Below are positions 45,739-57,208 of a stretch of DNA of 64,000 nucleotides, in pieces. The notes below the pieces were generated by a model. It did not search any database, had not been told where the DNA came from, and saw only the letters and a list, made by a program, of their open reading frames with translations. This DNA is from Oscillospiraceae bacterium (GTDB taxonomy: Bacteria; Bacillota; Clostridia; Oscillospirales; CAG-272), in NCBI GenBank assembly GCA_015065105.1, contig SVQZ01000005.1, forward strand, positions 35,412-99,411, read 5' to 3'. The stretch's first letter is position 1; each line of letters begins with the position of its first letter. Both the position numbers and the translations under genes were made by a program.

Positions 45739-48102
45739 ATGAAAAAACGCGTACTTTTGACCCTTGCTTTTATAGTTGTACTTTTAACCGTATTATCTGT
45801 ATCCGCAAGCGCAAAATGGTGGGATGAAAATCCTTTTAAAGACGTAAAGAGTGACGCATGGTATTACGATGCGGTACGTATATGTAATGAGAACAAGCTT
45901 TTCAACGGTACTTCGGAAACCACCTTTGAGCCCTCAAAGCAGATGAACAGAGCCATGCTTGCGCAGGTTCTTGCAAATGCAGACGGATATAATAAAGATG
46001 ATTATAAAGGTTCTTCCTTTATTGACGTTGATGAAAACAAATGGTACGCCTCTGCTGTAGAATGGGCAAGCAGAAATAAGGTGACCGAGGGAATGGGAAA
46101 CGGTAAGTTTTCACCCGATACTATAATCACCCGTCAGCAGCTTGCAACCATGCTCAAAAGATATGCAGAATATAAAGAAATGGATACCTCTTTTGAAAGC
46201 TCATCCTTTGCAGGTTTTGCAGATGCAGACAAGGTGTCCGATTGGGCAAAGGAAGCAATGGCATGGGCGGTAGATACCGGTGTTATCGCAGGTGCTGACG
46301 TTAAGGGCACTCTTTATCTTAACCCCACAAACAAGGCAACAAGAGCCGCTTGCTCCCAGATGCTTTCTAATTTCCTTTATCTTGAGCCTGAATACGAGAT
46401 CAACGGAAATGATCTTTCTCTTTATACTATCGTATATTCAGCAGAAGAAAACAAAAGGAATGACACAATAAAAGAAGCTGCTGAATTTCTTTCAGCTCAT
46501 ATCGAAAACTCTATAGGTATTAAGCTTCCCATAGTGACCGATGATGCAAAAGTCGGCGAATACGAAATTCTCGTTGGTAAAACCAACCGTGAAGATATGG
46601 GACTCGTTTCTATAGACAGAGATTCCTTTGAAAGCTATAATACCTTTATTTATACCGTTCAAGGCAACCGTCTTATTATAACCGGTAACGATTGCTACAA
46701 GCACGGCACACGCGAGGCAAGATACGGCGATCCTACCAAAGAAGCTGCTTATTATTTCCTTGTAAATAAATTCGGTTTGGAATTATATGACGACGAAGAG
46801 CTTGATATGATAAGGTATTCACCCGACCCCGTGATATCCCTTGATGACGGATACCTCTATACTGACGAGCCCTTCTTTAAACACAGGATCTTCTATATGT
46901 CGGGAAACATCCTCTCAACGGAAGAGCCCAAGGTTGATGCTTCCGAGCAGTTATATAATTATCTTACCGGTGATTTTGGCAGCTACGAACACAATTACGA
47001 TCCCACGCCCTGCTTAACAGATGAGAATAACCTCACCACTATGCTTGGTAATATCCGTCTGTCCGCAGAAACGGATCCCGAATTGAGTAAGATATCTATC
47101 GGTATATGCGATTCTCCCAAATACTGTAAGTGCACGGGTTGTATGGCAATGTACAGAGAATATAAGTCCCGTTCTGCAACTATAGTTAACCTTGCTAATC
47201 TTGCCGCGAAGGAGCTTGAAGCCATATATGCAGATTTTGAGGTAGAGATCGGTGCATATACCTATACAGCTACACCCCCTGTAGGGATGGAGCTTCATAA
47301 AAATATTACAGTAAGATATATTACCATTGAAGCCTGCGCAGGTCATACATATGACGACCCGGATTGTCAGATCAATAAGGCAATGTATGACGAGCTTATC
47401 GGTTGGTATGAGCTTACAAACAACAAACTCCATTTTTGGGATCATTCAGGTGCATTTGTACAGTTTATGACCCCCTTCCCCGATTGGAATTCACAGCTTC
47501 ATAATATACAGTTCCTTGCAGATCACAGCTATGAGGAATCCGGAATACTTATGAACAGCGTATTCGGCGGTAAGCATCCCGATTTCGGACAACTCAGATG
47601 CTACCTCTTCTCTATTATGTATCTTGATCCCTATATGAGCGAAGAGGAATATAATTATCATCTTAACAATGCTCTTGAGGTATATTACGGAGACGGTTGG
47701 AAATACCTGCGTGAATATATTGATACCATCGCTGAGCTTGGTAACGAAAAGTGTCATTCCTTCCATGCTCCCGCCTCAGCCTACTACGATTATACATCTG
47801 TAGCGGCAAAGGCAGATGAATTAGATGCATTGTGGGATAAAGCGGCAGCCTTGGCAGAGGGTACCGAGCTTGAGCGTCTTACCTTGGCAAGACACTCCTG
47901 GATATATTTAAGACAGTCGGCTACACAAAAGGACCGTTATGAAATGGGTACAGAAAAAGAAAAAGCTGAATTTGTTGCCGCAAATAAGGCTTTGTATAAT
48001 TATGTTATGGAAAACGACGTTATATGGACAGAAGCAGTTCACGGTTCTCTTGCCGACTGTGACTTTACAAAGGGTCCCGATACATGGCAGATAGGCGGTT
48101 AA
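45739..48102 (+). CDS. SLH-domain cell-surface protein with a DUF4838-like C-terminal domain
   Basis: 787 aa with a signal peptide and three N-terminal SLH units (FKDVKSDAWYYDAV..., FIDVDENKWYASAVEWA..., FADADKVSDWAKEAMAWAV...). The rest includes CKCTGC. The DUF4838 assignment comes from memory. Confidence 0.65.
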   Translation: MKKRVLLTLAFIVVLLTVLSVSASAKWWDENPFKDVKSDAWYYDAVRICNENKLFNGTSETTFEPSKQMNRAMLAQVLANADGYNKDDYKGSSFIDVDENKWYASAVEWASRNKVTEGMGNGKFSPDTIITRQQLATMLKRYAEYKEMDTSFESSSFAGFADADKVSDWAKEAMAWAVDTGVIAGADVKGTLYLNPTNKATRAACSQMLSNFLYLEPEYEINGNDLSLYTIVYSAEENKRNDTIKEAAEFLSAHIENSIGIKLPIVTDDAKVGEYEILVGKTNREDMGLVSIDRDSFESYNTFIYTVQGNRLIITGNDCYKHGTREARYGDPTKEAAYYFLVNKFGLELYDDEELDMIRYSPDPVISLDDGYLYTDEPFFKHRIFYMSGNILSTEEPKVDASEQLYNYLTGDFGSYEHNYDPTPCLTDENNLTTMLGNIRLSAETDPELSKISIGICDSPKYCKCTGCMAMYREYKSRSATIVNLANLAAKELEAIYADFEVEIGAYTYTATPPVGMELHKNITVRYITIEACAGHTYDDPDCQINKAMYDELIGWYELTNNKLHFWDHSGAFVQFMTPFPDWNSQLHNIQFLADHSYEESGILMNSVFGGKHPDFGQLRCYLFSIMYLDPYMSEEEYNYHLNNALEVYYGDGWKYLREYIDTIAELGNEKCHSFHAPASAYYDYTSVAAKADELDALWDKAAALAEGTELERLTLARHSWIYLRQSATQKDRYEMGTEKEKAEFVAANKALYNYVMENDVIWTEAVHGSLADCDFTKGPDTWQIGG

Positions 48103-48120
48103 TTTAATATATTGACTTTT

Positions 48121-48155
48121 CCCCATAAAGGTTGATTCCTTTATGGGGATTTTTA
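48121..48155 (+). terminator. Intrinsic terminator
   Basis: ccccataaagg-ttgatt-cctttatgggg 11-bp stem followed by ATTTTTATT. Confidence 0.75.
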
Positions 48156-48184
48156 TTAAATTGCTTTATTTATTCATTTATATA

Positions 48185-48193
48185 TGGTATAAT
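48185..48193 (+). promoter_or_regulatory. Extended -10 element upstream of uvrA
   Basis: TGgTATAAT at 48185-48193, about 48 nt before the ATG. Confidence 0.4.
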
Positions 48194-48240
48194 AATAAGA
48201 TAGATAATAATTTCAGAAAAATCCTTGGAGGAATTCCTAT

Positions 48241-51087
48241 ATGGCAAATAAAAATCTGACTATTACAGGAGCGAGAGTACACAACCTGAAAAATGTGGAT
48301 ATTACCATACCCAGAGATAAACTTGTTGTTTTTACGGGACTTTCAGGCTCGGGAAAGTCCTCCCTTGCCTTTGATACGATATATGCAGAAGGTCACAGAA
48401 GATTCGTTGAGTCTCTTTCCTCCTATGCAAGAATGTTTTTGGGTCAGCTGGACAAGCCTGATATCGACTCAATAGAGGGTCTTTCTCCCGCAATTTCTAT
48501 CGACCAGAAAACCACCTCAAAAAACCCCCGCTCTACGGTAGGTACCGTTACCGAAATATACGATTATCTCCGTCTTTTATATGCCCGCGTTGGCATTCCC
48601 CACTGCCCTATATGCGGCAGAGAGATAAGACAGCAGACGGTTGACCAGATAATCGACCGCATTATGGCTTTACCCGAGGGTACCCGATTCATGGTGTTAG
48701 CCCCCGTGGTAAAGGCCAAAAAGGGTATGCACGAAAAGGTCTTTGAAAAGGCGACAAAGAGCGGTTACGTCAGAGTACGTGTTGACGGAATCATGTATGA
48801 CTTAAGCGAGGAAATAAAGCTTGATAAGAATATCAAGCATACCGTTGAGATAATCGTTGACCGTCTTGTGATGCGTGAAAATATCCGCTCCCGTCTTTCC
48901 GATTCCCTTGAAAATGCTCTTTCCTTAACCGAGGGTGTTGTGGGTATTTCGATAGTGCGCCGCGAGGGTGAGGAATATGACGAAAACGAGGAGAGCGAGC
49001 TTTCCTTCTCCCTTAACTACGCCTGCGAGGAGCACGGGATCTCTATAGGCGAGCTTTCACCCAGAATGTTTTCCTTCAACAATCCCATGGGTGCTTGTCC
49101 CGAATGTCTCGGTATAGGTGTTCTGCCCCGTATATCCTTTGACCGTGTAGTACCCGACAAAACATTGTCGTTACGCGAGGGCGCATTGCAGGTAAACGGA
49201 TTCAAGACCATGGACGAAAGCTCCTGGACAGGTCCCGTTGTGGCAGAGGTAGGCAAGCTCTACGGCTTCACCCTTGACACAAAGATATGTGATTATACTC
49301 CCGAAGCTCTTGAGGTATTGCTCTACGGCTCAAATGATCGTTTTGACGTTGTAAGATACTTTGACGGTGTGGGTCATAACGTTAAGGACTACCGCTTTGA
49401 AGGACTTTTAAATATCCTTCAGCAGAGATACGAGCAGTCACAGAACGAATATTATCAAGACTTTATTGAAGAAGTTCCCTGCCCAAAATGCAAGGGCAAG
49501 CGGCTTTCCAAGGAGGTGCTTGCTGTAACCGTCGGCGGTAAAAACATTCACGAATTCTGCTGTATGTCGGTTGCGGAGGCTCTTGATTTCGTAAAGGATC
49601 TTCAATTCACCGAAACAGAGATGACCATTGCGAAGGATATACTTAAGGAGATAAAGAGCCGCCTTGAATTCATGATAAACGTAGGTCTCGACTATCTTAC
49701 CCTTAACCGTAAAGCGGGGACTCTTTCAGGCGGTGAGGCACAAAGAATACGTCTTGCCACACAGATAGGCTCATCCCTTATGGGTGTGCTTTATATCCTT
49801 GACGAGCCCAGTATAGGTCTTCATCAGAGGGACAATTCAAAGCTCATAGACACTCTTAAAAAGCTCCGCGACGTGGGTAACAGCCTTATCGTTGTTGAGC
49901 ATGACGAGGAAACTATGCTTGAATCAGACTATATCGTAGATATAGGGCCCGGCGCGGGCATCCACGGAGGGCATATAGTTTCTCAAGGTACACCCGCCGA
50001 GATCATGGCTGACGAAAATTCCGTTACGGGCAGATTCCTTTCGGGTAAAGAAAGGATAGAGGTTCCCAAAAACCGCCGTGAGGGTAACGGAAAATCTATC
50101 AAGATAATAGGTGCAAGAGAAAACAACCTTAAAAACGTTGACGTTGAAATTCCTTTAGGTAAATTCGTATGCGTTACCGGTGTTTCAGGTTCGGGCAAAT
50201 CAAGTCTTATCAACGCGGTTCTTCACCGTTCCCTTGCAAAGACACTCAACCGTTCAATTTCCTTCCCCGGCAAGCATGACAGAATAGAGGGTATTGAAAA
50301 TCTCGACAAGGTGATCGATATTGACCAGGCGCCCATAGGCAGAACTCCCCGTTCCAATCCTGCCACATATACAGGACTGTTTACAGATCTTCGCGAGCTT
50401 TTTGCCGCAACTCCCGATGCAAAGCAACGAGGCTACAAGGCAAACCGCTTCTCATTTAACCTTAAGGGCGGACGCTGTGAGGCCTGCGAGGGCGACGGTG
50501 TCAAAAAGATAGAAATGCATTTTCTTCCCGACGTTTACGTAACCTGTGACGTTTGTAAGGGACAGCGATACAATCGCGATACTCTTGAGGTAAAATACAA
50601 GGGCAAGAATATCTATGACGTTCTTGAAATGACGGTAGAAGAAGCTCTTGATTTCTTCTCCAGCCTTCCCAAGGTCAAGCGTAAGCTTCAGACCCTTTAT
50701 GACGTTGGCCTGGGTTATATCAAGTTAGGTCAGTCCTCCACACAGCTTTCGGGCGGTGAGGCGCAGAGAGTCAAGCTTGCCACCGAGCTTTCAAAGAGAA
50801 GCACCGGCAAGACCATATATATCCTTGACGAGCCCACTACGGGACTTCATTCGGCAGACGTCAAAAAGCTTATAGAGGTTTTACAGCGTCTTGTGGATGC
50901 AGGAAACACTGTGCTTGTTATCGAGCATAATCTCGATATGATAAAGACTGCCGACTACATTATCGACCTCGGACCCGAGGGCGGTGACAAGGGCGGTACT
51001 GTAATTGCAACAGGTACTCCCGAGGAGGTTGCAAAGTGCAGAACATCCTATACGGGTCACTATTTAAGAAAGATACTGAACAAATAA
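48241..51087 (+). CDS. uvrA: Excinuclease ABC subunit A
   Basis: 948 aa. Two ABC modules ([26 protein letters not shown]) and zinc-finger Cys pairs. Confidence 0.97.
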   Translation: MANKNLTITGARVHNLKNVDITIPRDKLVVFTGLSGSGKSSLAFDTIYAEGHRRFVESLSSYARMFLGQLDKPDIDSIEGLSPAISIDQKTTSKNPRSTVGTVTEIYDYLRLLYARVGIPHCPICGREIRQQTVDQIIDRIMALPEGTRFMVLAPVVKAKKGMHEKVFEKATKSGYVRVRVDGIMYDLSEEIKLDKNIKHTVEIIVDRLVMRENIRSRLSDSLENALSLTEGVVGISIVRREGEEYDENEESELSFSLNYACEEHGISIGELSPRMFSFNNPMGACPECLGIGVLPRISFDRVVPDKTLSLREGALQVNGFKTMDESSWTGPVVAEVGKLYGFTLDTKICDYTPEALEVLLYGSNDRFDVVRYFDGVGHNVKDYRFEGLLNILQQRYEQSQNEYYQDFIEEVPCPKCKGKRLSKEVLAVTVGGKNIHEFCCMSVAEALDFVKDLQFTETEMTIAKDILKEIKSRLEFMINVGLDYLTLNRKAGTLSGGEAQRIRLATQIGSSLMGVLYILDEPSIGLHQRDNSKLIDTLKKLRDVGNSLIVVEHDEETMLESDYIVDIGPGAGIHGGHIVSQGTPAEIMADENSVTGRFLSGKERIEVPKNRREGNGKSIKIIGARENNLKNVDVEIPLGKFVCVTGVSGSGKSSLINAVLHRSLAKTLNRSISFPGKHDRIEGIENLDKVIDIDQAPIGRTPRSNPATYTGLFTDLRELFAATPDAKQRGYKANRFSFNLKGGRCEACEGDGVKKIEMHFLPDVYVTCDVCKGQRYNRDTLEVKYKGKNIYDVLEMTVEEALDFFSSLPKVKRKLQTLYDVGLGYIKLGQSSTQLSGGEAQRVKLATELSKRSTGKTIYILDEPTTGLHSADVKKLIEVLQRLVDAGNTVLVIEHNLDMIKTADYIIDLGPEGGDKGGTVIATGTPEEVAKCRTSYTGHYLRKILNK

Positions 51088-51180
51088 AGTAAAAGCGGCA
51101 AGTTGCCGCACCCAATTCCGCCCCAACAATTAGTGATTATCAGATTCTTCAATCTCATGAAGCGGAGCAATTTCCTATAT

Positions 51181-51507
51181 AATAAAAAACGCTCAAATTG
51201 AGCGTTTCAGACTGTCGAAAAAGTCGGTCGGACGTGTGAAGAAATTCTTTTTTTAAGTTTAAGACGCCCAATAAATTAATTAGAAAATAAGCTTCACAAC
51301 TCCTGATAAAGTTGAATAACTATTCAATAGCGGTGTAAACGTCGAGTTCACACCGCTATTTCACACTTTTCCGTGAAAAGGGGCTCTACCGTACATAGTA
51401 CGCCTACGTCCCCTTTTCACGAAAACCTACGCTTCCTTTTTCGAAGCCTGACAGCTTGTCGATAAGTTTATCGACAAGCTGAAACGCTCAAATTGAGCGT
51501 TTTTTAT
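51181..51507. mobile_element. MITE-like non-autonomous element with about 39-bp terminal inverted repeats
   Basis: Left end: aaaaaacgctcaaattgagcgtttcagactgtcgaaaaa (51183-51221). The reverse complement of the right end (51467-51505) matches at 35 of 39 positions, counted by hand. Each end contains the same 19-nt hairpin aacgctcaaattgagcgtt. The interior has three further long hairpins (51326-51360, 51372-51421, 51452-51481). No ORF and no clear target-site duplication. Confidence 0.4.
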
Positions 51508-51973
51508 TTTGAAATAATTTAAATAAAGCGAACAGAAAAATACATCCAAGAGTAACTCCCGAGGAGTCTATAAGCACGTCACGGAGCTCACAGCTTCTTC
51601 CGGGTACAAAATACTGATGGATCTCGTCGCTTACCGCATACAGAACGCTTATTATAAATGCACCGCCGAGACGGTAAGCAAGCTTTTTTGTATGAGGAGT
51701 GATAGCGGTACCTGTTAAAAGAGCAAGAATAGCATAGGCACTGAAATGCGCGGTCTTTCTGATATAAAACTGATATCTTTCTGTCATTTCAAACTGCTCT
51801 TGCTCTGACCATGTATCAAAATCCGGCTCTATTATTCTGCAAAGCCTTCTGACTATTCTTCCGCTGGTTTCGGAGGAGACCTCTGCGGGCTCGGCAGATA
51901 ATGAAAAAATAAAGGACATCCAGCCGATTACTGCCGCTATAAGTAATATTGAAATGATAGCTTTTTTACTCAT
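51488..51973 (-). CDS. VanZ-family membrane protein
   Basis: 161 aa. SDEIHQYFVPGRSCELRDVLIDSSGV motif and four hydrophobic segments. Confidence 0.8.
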   Translation of the reverse strand: MSKKAIISILLIAAVIGWMSFIFSLSAEPAEVSSETSGRIVRRLCRIIEPDFDTWSEQEQFEMTERYQFYIRKTAHFSAYAILALLTGTAITPHTKKLAYRLGGAFIISVLYAVSDEIHQYFVPGRSCELRDVLIDSSGVTLGCIFLFALFKLFQNKKRSI

Positions 51974-52044
51974 TCTTTTTCAACCTTTGTTATTATAGGA
52001 ATTTGCTTCGATTCGGGTACTGAAGAAATAAACTTATGTAAGGT

Positions 52045-52548
52045 TCAAGCCCGATCTTCGCTGCGGGCCGGCGCCCGCTTTTTTATTTTCGATATCAGGA
52101 ACATGATCAGTATAATCACTCCGGCACCGATAATTACTCCTATAGAATCGATAAGTATATCTTTTAAAAGAAAGGATCTTCCGGGAACGAAATGCTGATG
52201 TATCTCATCGCTTACGGCATAGATAATGCCAAGCAGAACAGAGAACAGAAAGACATATGATTTTTTCTTTAAATGAGAGCTTAACGCAAGGCAGAATAAA
52301 GCTCCGAGTACCGCAAATATAAACAAATGGGCTGCCTTACGCAGAAGCATTTCATAATGGGCAATAAGCCAATTATCGTTTTTATATTCAAATCTTTCGG
52401 GGGTAAGGTCAACGTTTTCATATACAGTTTCCGCAACTGCGGTGCTTACTGCTCCCGAATTAACGCTTGACTGATTTGAAAAACAGAATATAACTGCCAT
52501 CCAAACTACAACCAAGCACCAAAGTATTGTTGTTTTAGTTCTTTTCAT
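52045..52548 (-). CDS. VanZ-family membrane protein (paralogue)
   Basis: ORF runs to 52569. I prefer the ATG at 52548 (MKRTKTTILWCLVV...). SDEIHQHFVPGRSFLLKDILIDSIGV motif. Confidence 0.8.
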   Translation of the reverse strand: MKRTKTTILWCLVVVWMAVIFCFSNQSSVNSGAVSTAVAETVYENVDLTPERFEYKNDNWLIAHYEMLLRKAAHLFIFAVLGALFCLALSSHLKKKSYVFLFSVLLGIIYAVSDEIHQHFVPGRSFLLKDILIDSIGVIIGAGVIILIMFLISKIKKRAPARSEDRA

Positions 52549-52569
52549 ATTATCTATAATTACAAACAA

Positions 52570-52592
52570 GGAAAGTCCGAGGACTTTCCTTG
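52570..52592 (-). terminator. Stem-loop downstream of tuf
   Basis: aaggaaagtcc-gag-gactttcctt. On the minus strand it is followed by GTTTGT, a weak T-run. Confidence 0.45.
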
Positions 52593-52611
52593 CATTGCAA
52601 TTTAATTAAAA

Positions 52612-53820
52612 TTACTCGTTGATTTCGATAACAACACCGGAACCTACGGTTCTACCACCCTCACGGATAGCGAAACGGAGACCCTTTTCAATAGCGATAG
52701 GAGTGATGAGTTCAACGCTCATATCAACGTTATCGCCGGGACGGCACATTTCGGTGCCTTCGGGAAGAGTGATGATACCGGTAACGTCAGTTGTTCTGAA
52801 GTAGAACTGAGGTCTGTAGCCGGAGAAGAAGGGCTTCTTACGGCCGCCTTCTTTTTCGGTAAGAACGTAAACCTGACCGATGAACTTGGTGTGGGGCTTG
52901 ATAGAGCCGGGCTTACAGAGAACCTGACCTCTTTCGATACCCTTCTTGTCGATACCACGGAGAAGGAGACCTACGTTGTCGCCAGCTTCAGCCTGATCCA
53001 TCATCTTGTGGAACATTTCAACACCGGTGATAGTGGTGGTCTGGGGCTTATCATTGGTAAGACCAACGATTTCTACAACGTCACCAACCTTAACAGTACC
53101 ACGCTCTACTCTACCGGTAGCAACGGTACCACGACCGGAAATGGAGAATACGTCCTCTACAGGGAGAAGGAAGTCGAGGTCAGCCTTTCTCTCAGGAGTA
53201 GGAATGTACTCGTCAACCTGCTTCATAAGCTCAACGATAGGAGCGTACTCGGGAGAGTTAACATCCTTGGACTCGGAGAGAAGTGCTTCTCTTGCGGAAC
53301 CGCGAACGATAGGAAGATCGTCGCCGGGGAAGTCGTACTGAGAAAGAAGATCTCTGATCTCCATCTCAACGAGCTCGAGGAGCTCTTCGTCATCAACAAG
53401 GTCAGTCTTGTTCATGAATACAACGAGAGCGGGAACGTCAACCTGACGAGCGAGAAGTACGTGCTCACGGGTCTGCTGAAGAGGACCGTCTGTACCTGCA
53501 ACAACGAGGATAGCGCCGTCCATCTGAGCAGCACCGGTGATCATGTTCTTAACGTAGTCGGCGTGGCCGGGGCAGTCAACGTGAGCATAGTGACGAGCGT
53601 CGGTTTCATACTCAACGTGACGGGTGTTAATTGTAATACCTCTTTCTCTTTCTTCGGGAGCGTTGTCGATCTGGTCATATGCCTGGAATTCGATCTTCTC
53701 GTTTGTAAGAGAGAGAGTCTTGGTGATAGCTGCTGTAAGTGTGGTCTTACCATGGTCAACGTGACCGATAGTACCAATGTTAACGTGGGGTTTCGTTCTG
53801 ACGAATTTTTCCTTTGCCAT
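52612..53820 (-). CDS. tuf: Elongation factor Tu
   Basis: 402 aa. [33 protein letters not shown]..., an unambiguous match. Confidence 0.98.
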   Translation of the reverse strand: MAKEKFVRTKPHVNIGTIGHVDHGKTTLTAAITKTLSLTNEKIEFQAYDQIDNAPEERERGITINTRHVEYETDARHYAHVDCPGHADYVKNMITGAAQMDGAILVVAGTDGPLQQTREHVLLARQVDVPALVVFMNKTDLVDDEELLELVEMEIRDLLSQYDFPGDDLPIVRGSAREALLSESKDVNSPEYAPIVELMKQVDEYIPTPERKADLDFLLPVEDVFSISGRGTVATGRVERGTVKVGDVVEIVGLTNDKPQTTTITGVEMFHKMMDQAEAGDNVGLLLRGIDKKGIERGQVLCKPGSIKPHTKFIGQVYVLTEKEGGRKKPFFSGYRPQFYFRTTDVTGIITLPEGTEMCRPGDNVDMSVELITPIAIEKGLRFAIREGGRTVGSGVVIEINE

Positions 53821-53847
53821 TTTAGTTTTCCTCCTAAAATTTAATTA

Positions 53848-55944
53848 TTATTGATTTTTAGATTTTACAATGTTTTCGAGAATAGACTTGGGAACTTCTT
53901 CGAAGTGGCTGGGCTCCATAGAGTACTGACCACGACCCTGAGTCTTGGATCTAAGCTCTGTTGCGTAACCGAACATCTCAGAGAGAGGTACGAAAGCATT
54001 GATCTGCTGTGCACCGGGGATGCTCTCCATGGACTGAATCTGTCCGCGGCGGGAGTTAAGGCTACCGATAACGTCTCCCATGTAGTCCTCGGGAGTTACA
54101 ACTACAACCTTCATGATAGGCTCTGTAAGAACGGGGTTAGCCTTCTTCATTGCATCCTTGAACGCCATAGAGCCGGCGATCTTAAATGCCATTTCAGAAG
54201 AGTCAACTTCGTGGTAAGAACCATCGTAAAGTGTGATCTTAACGTCAACAACGTTGTAACCTGCAAGAACACCGTTCTGCATAGCGCCCTGGATACCTGC
54301 GTCAACTGCGGGGATGTATTCCTTGGGAATAGCACCGCCGACAACCTTGTTGGTGAATTCATAGCCTGCGCCGGGCTCGTTGGGCTCGAGAATGATCTTA
54401 ACGTGACCGTACTGACCCTTACCGCCGGACTGACGGGCATACTTCATATCAACGTCAGCAGTACCCTTAACGGTTTCTTTATATGCAACCTGAGGTTTAC
54501 CTACGTTAGCCTCTACCTTGAATTCACGGAGAAGTCTATCAACGATGATTTCGAGGTGAAGCTCACCCATACCTGCGATAATGGTCTGACCGGTTTCTTC
54601 ATCGGTATAGGTTCTGAATGTGGGGTCTTCCTCTGCGAGCTTCGCAAGAGCAATACCCATCTTTTCCTGACCTGCCTTGGTCTTGGGTTCAATAGCAACA
54701 CGGATAACAGGTTCAGGGAATTCCATAGACTCAAGAATGATAGGATGATTTTCATCACAGAGGGTATCACCTGTTGTGGTATTCTTTACACCAACAACCG
54801 CTGCGATGTCACCTGCGTAACAAATATCGATATCAGTTCTTTCGTTAGAGTGCATCTGGAGAATACGTCCGCATCTTTCACGCTGACCCTTGGTGGAGTT
54901 GTAAACGGTTGTACCTGCTTCAACAGCACCGGAATAAACTCTGAAGAAGCAGAGCTTACCAACGAAGGGGTCGGTCATGATCTTAAATGCAAGTGCGGAG
55001 AAGGGTTCGTCATCAGAAGCGTGTCTTTCATCCTCTTCCTCGGTTTCGGGGTGGATACCCTTAATAGCGGGGATATCAACGGGAGAAGGCATATAGTCGA
55101 TAACTGCATCGAGCATCTTCTGAACACCCTTGTTTTTATAGGAAGTACCGCAAACTACGGGAACGATCTTGTTCTCGATAGTAGCCTTACGAAGAACTCT
55201 CTTGATCTCTTCAAGAGTGGGTTCCTCACCCATAAGGTACTTTTCCATGAGCTCATCGTCCTGTTCAACAACAGATTCGATGAGGGCATTGTGATATTCC
55301 TGAGCCTTTTCCATCATATCTTCGGGAATGGGCTCTGTACGCATATCCTTACCGAGGTCATCATAGTAAACATCGGCTTCCATCTTAAGAAGGTCGATGA
55401 TACCCTTGAATGTTTCCTCAGCGCCGATGGGGAGCTGAATAGGAAGTGCGTTACACTTGAGTCTTTCCTTCATCATGTCAACAACACGATAGAAGTCAGC
55501 ACCCATAATGTCCATCTTGTTTACATACGCCATTCTCGGTACACCATACTGGTCTGCCTGGCGCCATACAGTTTCCGACTGGGGCTCAACGCCACCCTTG
55601 GCACAGAAAACTGTAACTGAGCCGTCCAATACTCTGAGTGAACGCTCAACCTCCACGGTAAAGTCAACGTGACCGGGAGTGTCTATAATATTGATACGAT
55701 GCTTCTTGTACTGATTTGCAGAACCTGCCCAGTAGCAAGTGGTAGCAGCGGAAGTAATGGTAATACCTCTTTCCTGTTCCTGCTCCATCCAGTCCATCGT
55801 AGCAGAGCCGTCATGAGTCTCACCCAAGCGGTGGTTTACACCTGTATAGAACAGGATACGCTCGGTGGTGGTAGTCTTTCCGGCATCGATATGTGCCATA
55901 ATACCGATATTTCTTGTGTTTTCTAATGAATACTGTCTCGGCAT
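53848..55944 (-). CDS. fusA: Elongation factor G
   Basis: 698 aa. [24 protein letters not shown]..., an unambiguous match. Confidence 0.98.
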   Translation of the reverse strand: MPRQYSLENTRNIGIMAHIDAGKTTTTERILFYTGVNHRLGETHDGSATMDWMEQEQERGITITSAATTCYWAGSANQYKKHRINIIDTPGHVDFTVEVERSLRVLDGSVTVFCAKGGVEPQSETVWRQADQYGVPRMAYVNKMDIMGADFYRVVDMMKERLKCNALPIQLPIGAEETFKGIIDLLKMEADVYYDDLGKDMRTEPIPEDMMEKAQEYHNALIESVVEQDDELMEKYLMGEEPTLEEIKRVLRKATIENKIVPVVCGTSYKNKGVQKMLDAVIDYMPSPVDIPAIKGIHPETEEEDERHASDDEPFSALAFKIMTDPFVGKLCFFRVYSGAVEAGTTVYNSTKGQRERCGRILQMHSNERTDIDICYAGDIAAVVGVKNTTTGDTLCDENHPIILESMEFPEPVIRVAIEPKTKAGQEKMGIALAKLAEEDPTFRTYTDEETGQTIIAGMGELHLEIIVDRLLREFKVEANVGKPQVAYKETVKGTADVDMKYARQSGGKGQYGHVKIILEPNEPGAGYEFTNKVVGGAIPKEYIPAVDAGIQGAMQNGVLAGYNVVDVKITLYDGSYHEVDSSEMAFKIAGSMAFKDAMKKANPVLTEPIMKVVVVTPEDYMGDVIGSLNSRRGQIQSMESIPGAQQINAFVPLSEMFGYATELRSKTQGRGQYSMEPSHFEEVPKSILENIVKSKNQ

Positions 55945-55987
55945 TGTTTACTCCTTAATATTTCACAGTATGCAAACACACGGCACA

Positions 55988-56458
55988 TTAATATCTGTAA
56001 TGAGCGAAAGCACGGTTTGCTTCTGCCATTCTGTGTGTTTCTTCTTTCTTCTTGAAAGCACCGCCGGTGGAATTAAGAGCGTCCATAATTTCACCTGCAA
56101 GCTTTTCAGCCATAGTTCTCTCACTTCTGTTTCTGGAATAAGTTCTGATCCAACGCAGACCTAATGTCTGACGTCTTTCTTCTCTTACTTCCATAGGAAC
56201 CTGGTAAGTAGAACCACCTATTCTGCGAGCCTTAACCTCGAGAACAGGCATAACGTTTTCGAGAGCTTCACGGAATGCTTCAAGTGCATTCTTACCGGTC
56301 TTCTCTTCAACAATCTTAAATGCATCGTAAACGATCTTCTGAGCTACTCCTCTTTTACCGTCGTACATGATGTTGTTGATAAGCTTGGTAACAAGCTTGG
56401 AATTATACATAGGATCCGGCAATACATCTCTCTTAGATATCTGACCTCTTCTAGGCAT
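55988..56458 (-). CDS. rpsG: 30S ribosomal protein S7
   Basis: 156 aa. [28 protein letters not shown].... Confidence 0.98.
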   Translation of the reverse strand: MPRRGQISKRDVLPDPMYNSKLVTKLINNIMYDGKRGVAQKIVYDAFKIVEEKTGKNALEAFREALENVMPVLEVKARRIGGSTYQVPMEVREERRQTLGLRWIRTYSRNRSERTMAEKLAGEIMDALNSTGGAFKKKEETHRMAEANRAFAHYRY

Positions 56459-56597
56459 GATCTTCCCTCCTTCATAAAAAATGATATCACAGGTACTCGA
56501 AAATTTTGTTTTCGTAGATGCTTATTAAGGGTCAGGAAACATAGTATATATATTTGTTATAGCATGATTCCGACCTTAAGCAATCCTTGTGATGTAA

Positions 56598-57017
56598 TTA
56601 TTTACCTGCTTTAGGTCTCTTTGCACCGTACTTGGAACGGCTCTGTCTGCGTGCGTCAACGCCCTGTGCGTCTAATGCGCCGCGGATAATGTGGTAACGT
56701 ACACCGGGGAGGTCACGAACTCTTCCTCCGCGGATAAGTACAACCGAGTGCTCCTGAAGGTTATGGCCTATACCGGGGATATAGGTTGTTGCCTCCATGC
56801 CGTTGGTAAGTCTTACTCTGGCGATCTTACGAAGAGCAGAGTTAGGCTTCTTAGGGCTTGTGGTTGTTACCTTTGTGCATACACCGCGCTTCTGGGGTGC
56901 GCTCTGATCAGTAGGCTTGTTTGTAAGGCTGTTGAAGCCCTTCTGAAGTACAGGAGCCTTAGACTTATAGGTCTTGTCCTGACGGCCGTATCTGACTAAC
57001 TGGTTAAAGGTAGGCAT
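56598..57017 (-). CDS. rpsL: 30S ribosomal protein S12
   Basis: 139 aa. [13 protein letters not shown]...[10 protein letters not shown].... Confidence 0.98.
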   Translation of the reverse strand: MPTFNQLVRYGRQDKTYKSKAPVLQKGFNSLTNKPTDQSAPQKRGVCTKVTTTSPKKPNSALRKIARVRLTNGMEATTYIPGIGHNLQEHSVVLIRGGRVRDLPGVRYHIIRGALDAQGVDARRQSRSKYGAKRPKAGK

Positions 57018-57089
57018 GCTACAACTCCTTTCTTAAGTATTTATAAATTTTCGCGTGCGAAAAGATATATGCATTTCGACACAAGATAG

Positions 57090-57119
57090 ATTATAACACC
57101 TAACGAATATAATTGTCAA
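57090..57119 (-). promoter_or_regulatory. Near-consensus sigma-A promoter for rpsL-rpsG-fusA-tuf
   Basis: The minus strand reads TTGACA (complement of 57114-57119), an 18-nt spacer ending in TGt, then TATAAT (complement of 57090-57095). Confidence 0.65.
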
Positions 57120-57183
57120 GTAAAATCATCTTTATACAAAAAATTTTAACATTTCGAACAATTTGAGGTCAAAAAGGGCCAAT

Positions 57184-57207
57184 AAAACCGCCTGAAGCGG
57201 CGGTTTT
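57184..57207 (-). terminator. Intrinsic terminator of the XRE/TPR-like regulator gene
   Basis: aaaaccgcc-tgaagc-ggcggtttt. On the minus strand it is followed by TTTTATT, directly after the stop at 57209. Confidence 0.7.
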
Positions 57208-57208
57208 A

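Noticed and set aside
51973-52569. Tandem VanZ paralogues downstream of tuf, considered as a possible resistance module
   Set aside because: VanZ-family genes are common and often duplicated in Firmicutes. Nothing in the sequence points to a special function.
53851-55620. 589-aa ORF on the plus strand
   Set aside because: It lies entirely antisense to fusA, whose EF-G translation is unambiguous. Its composition (rich in Leu, Val, Asn and Cys) is that of a shadow frame. The same reasoning rejects 52891..53844, which is antisense to tuf.
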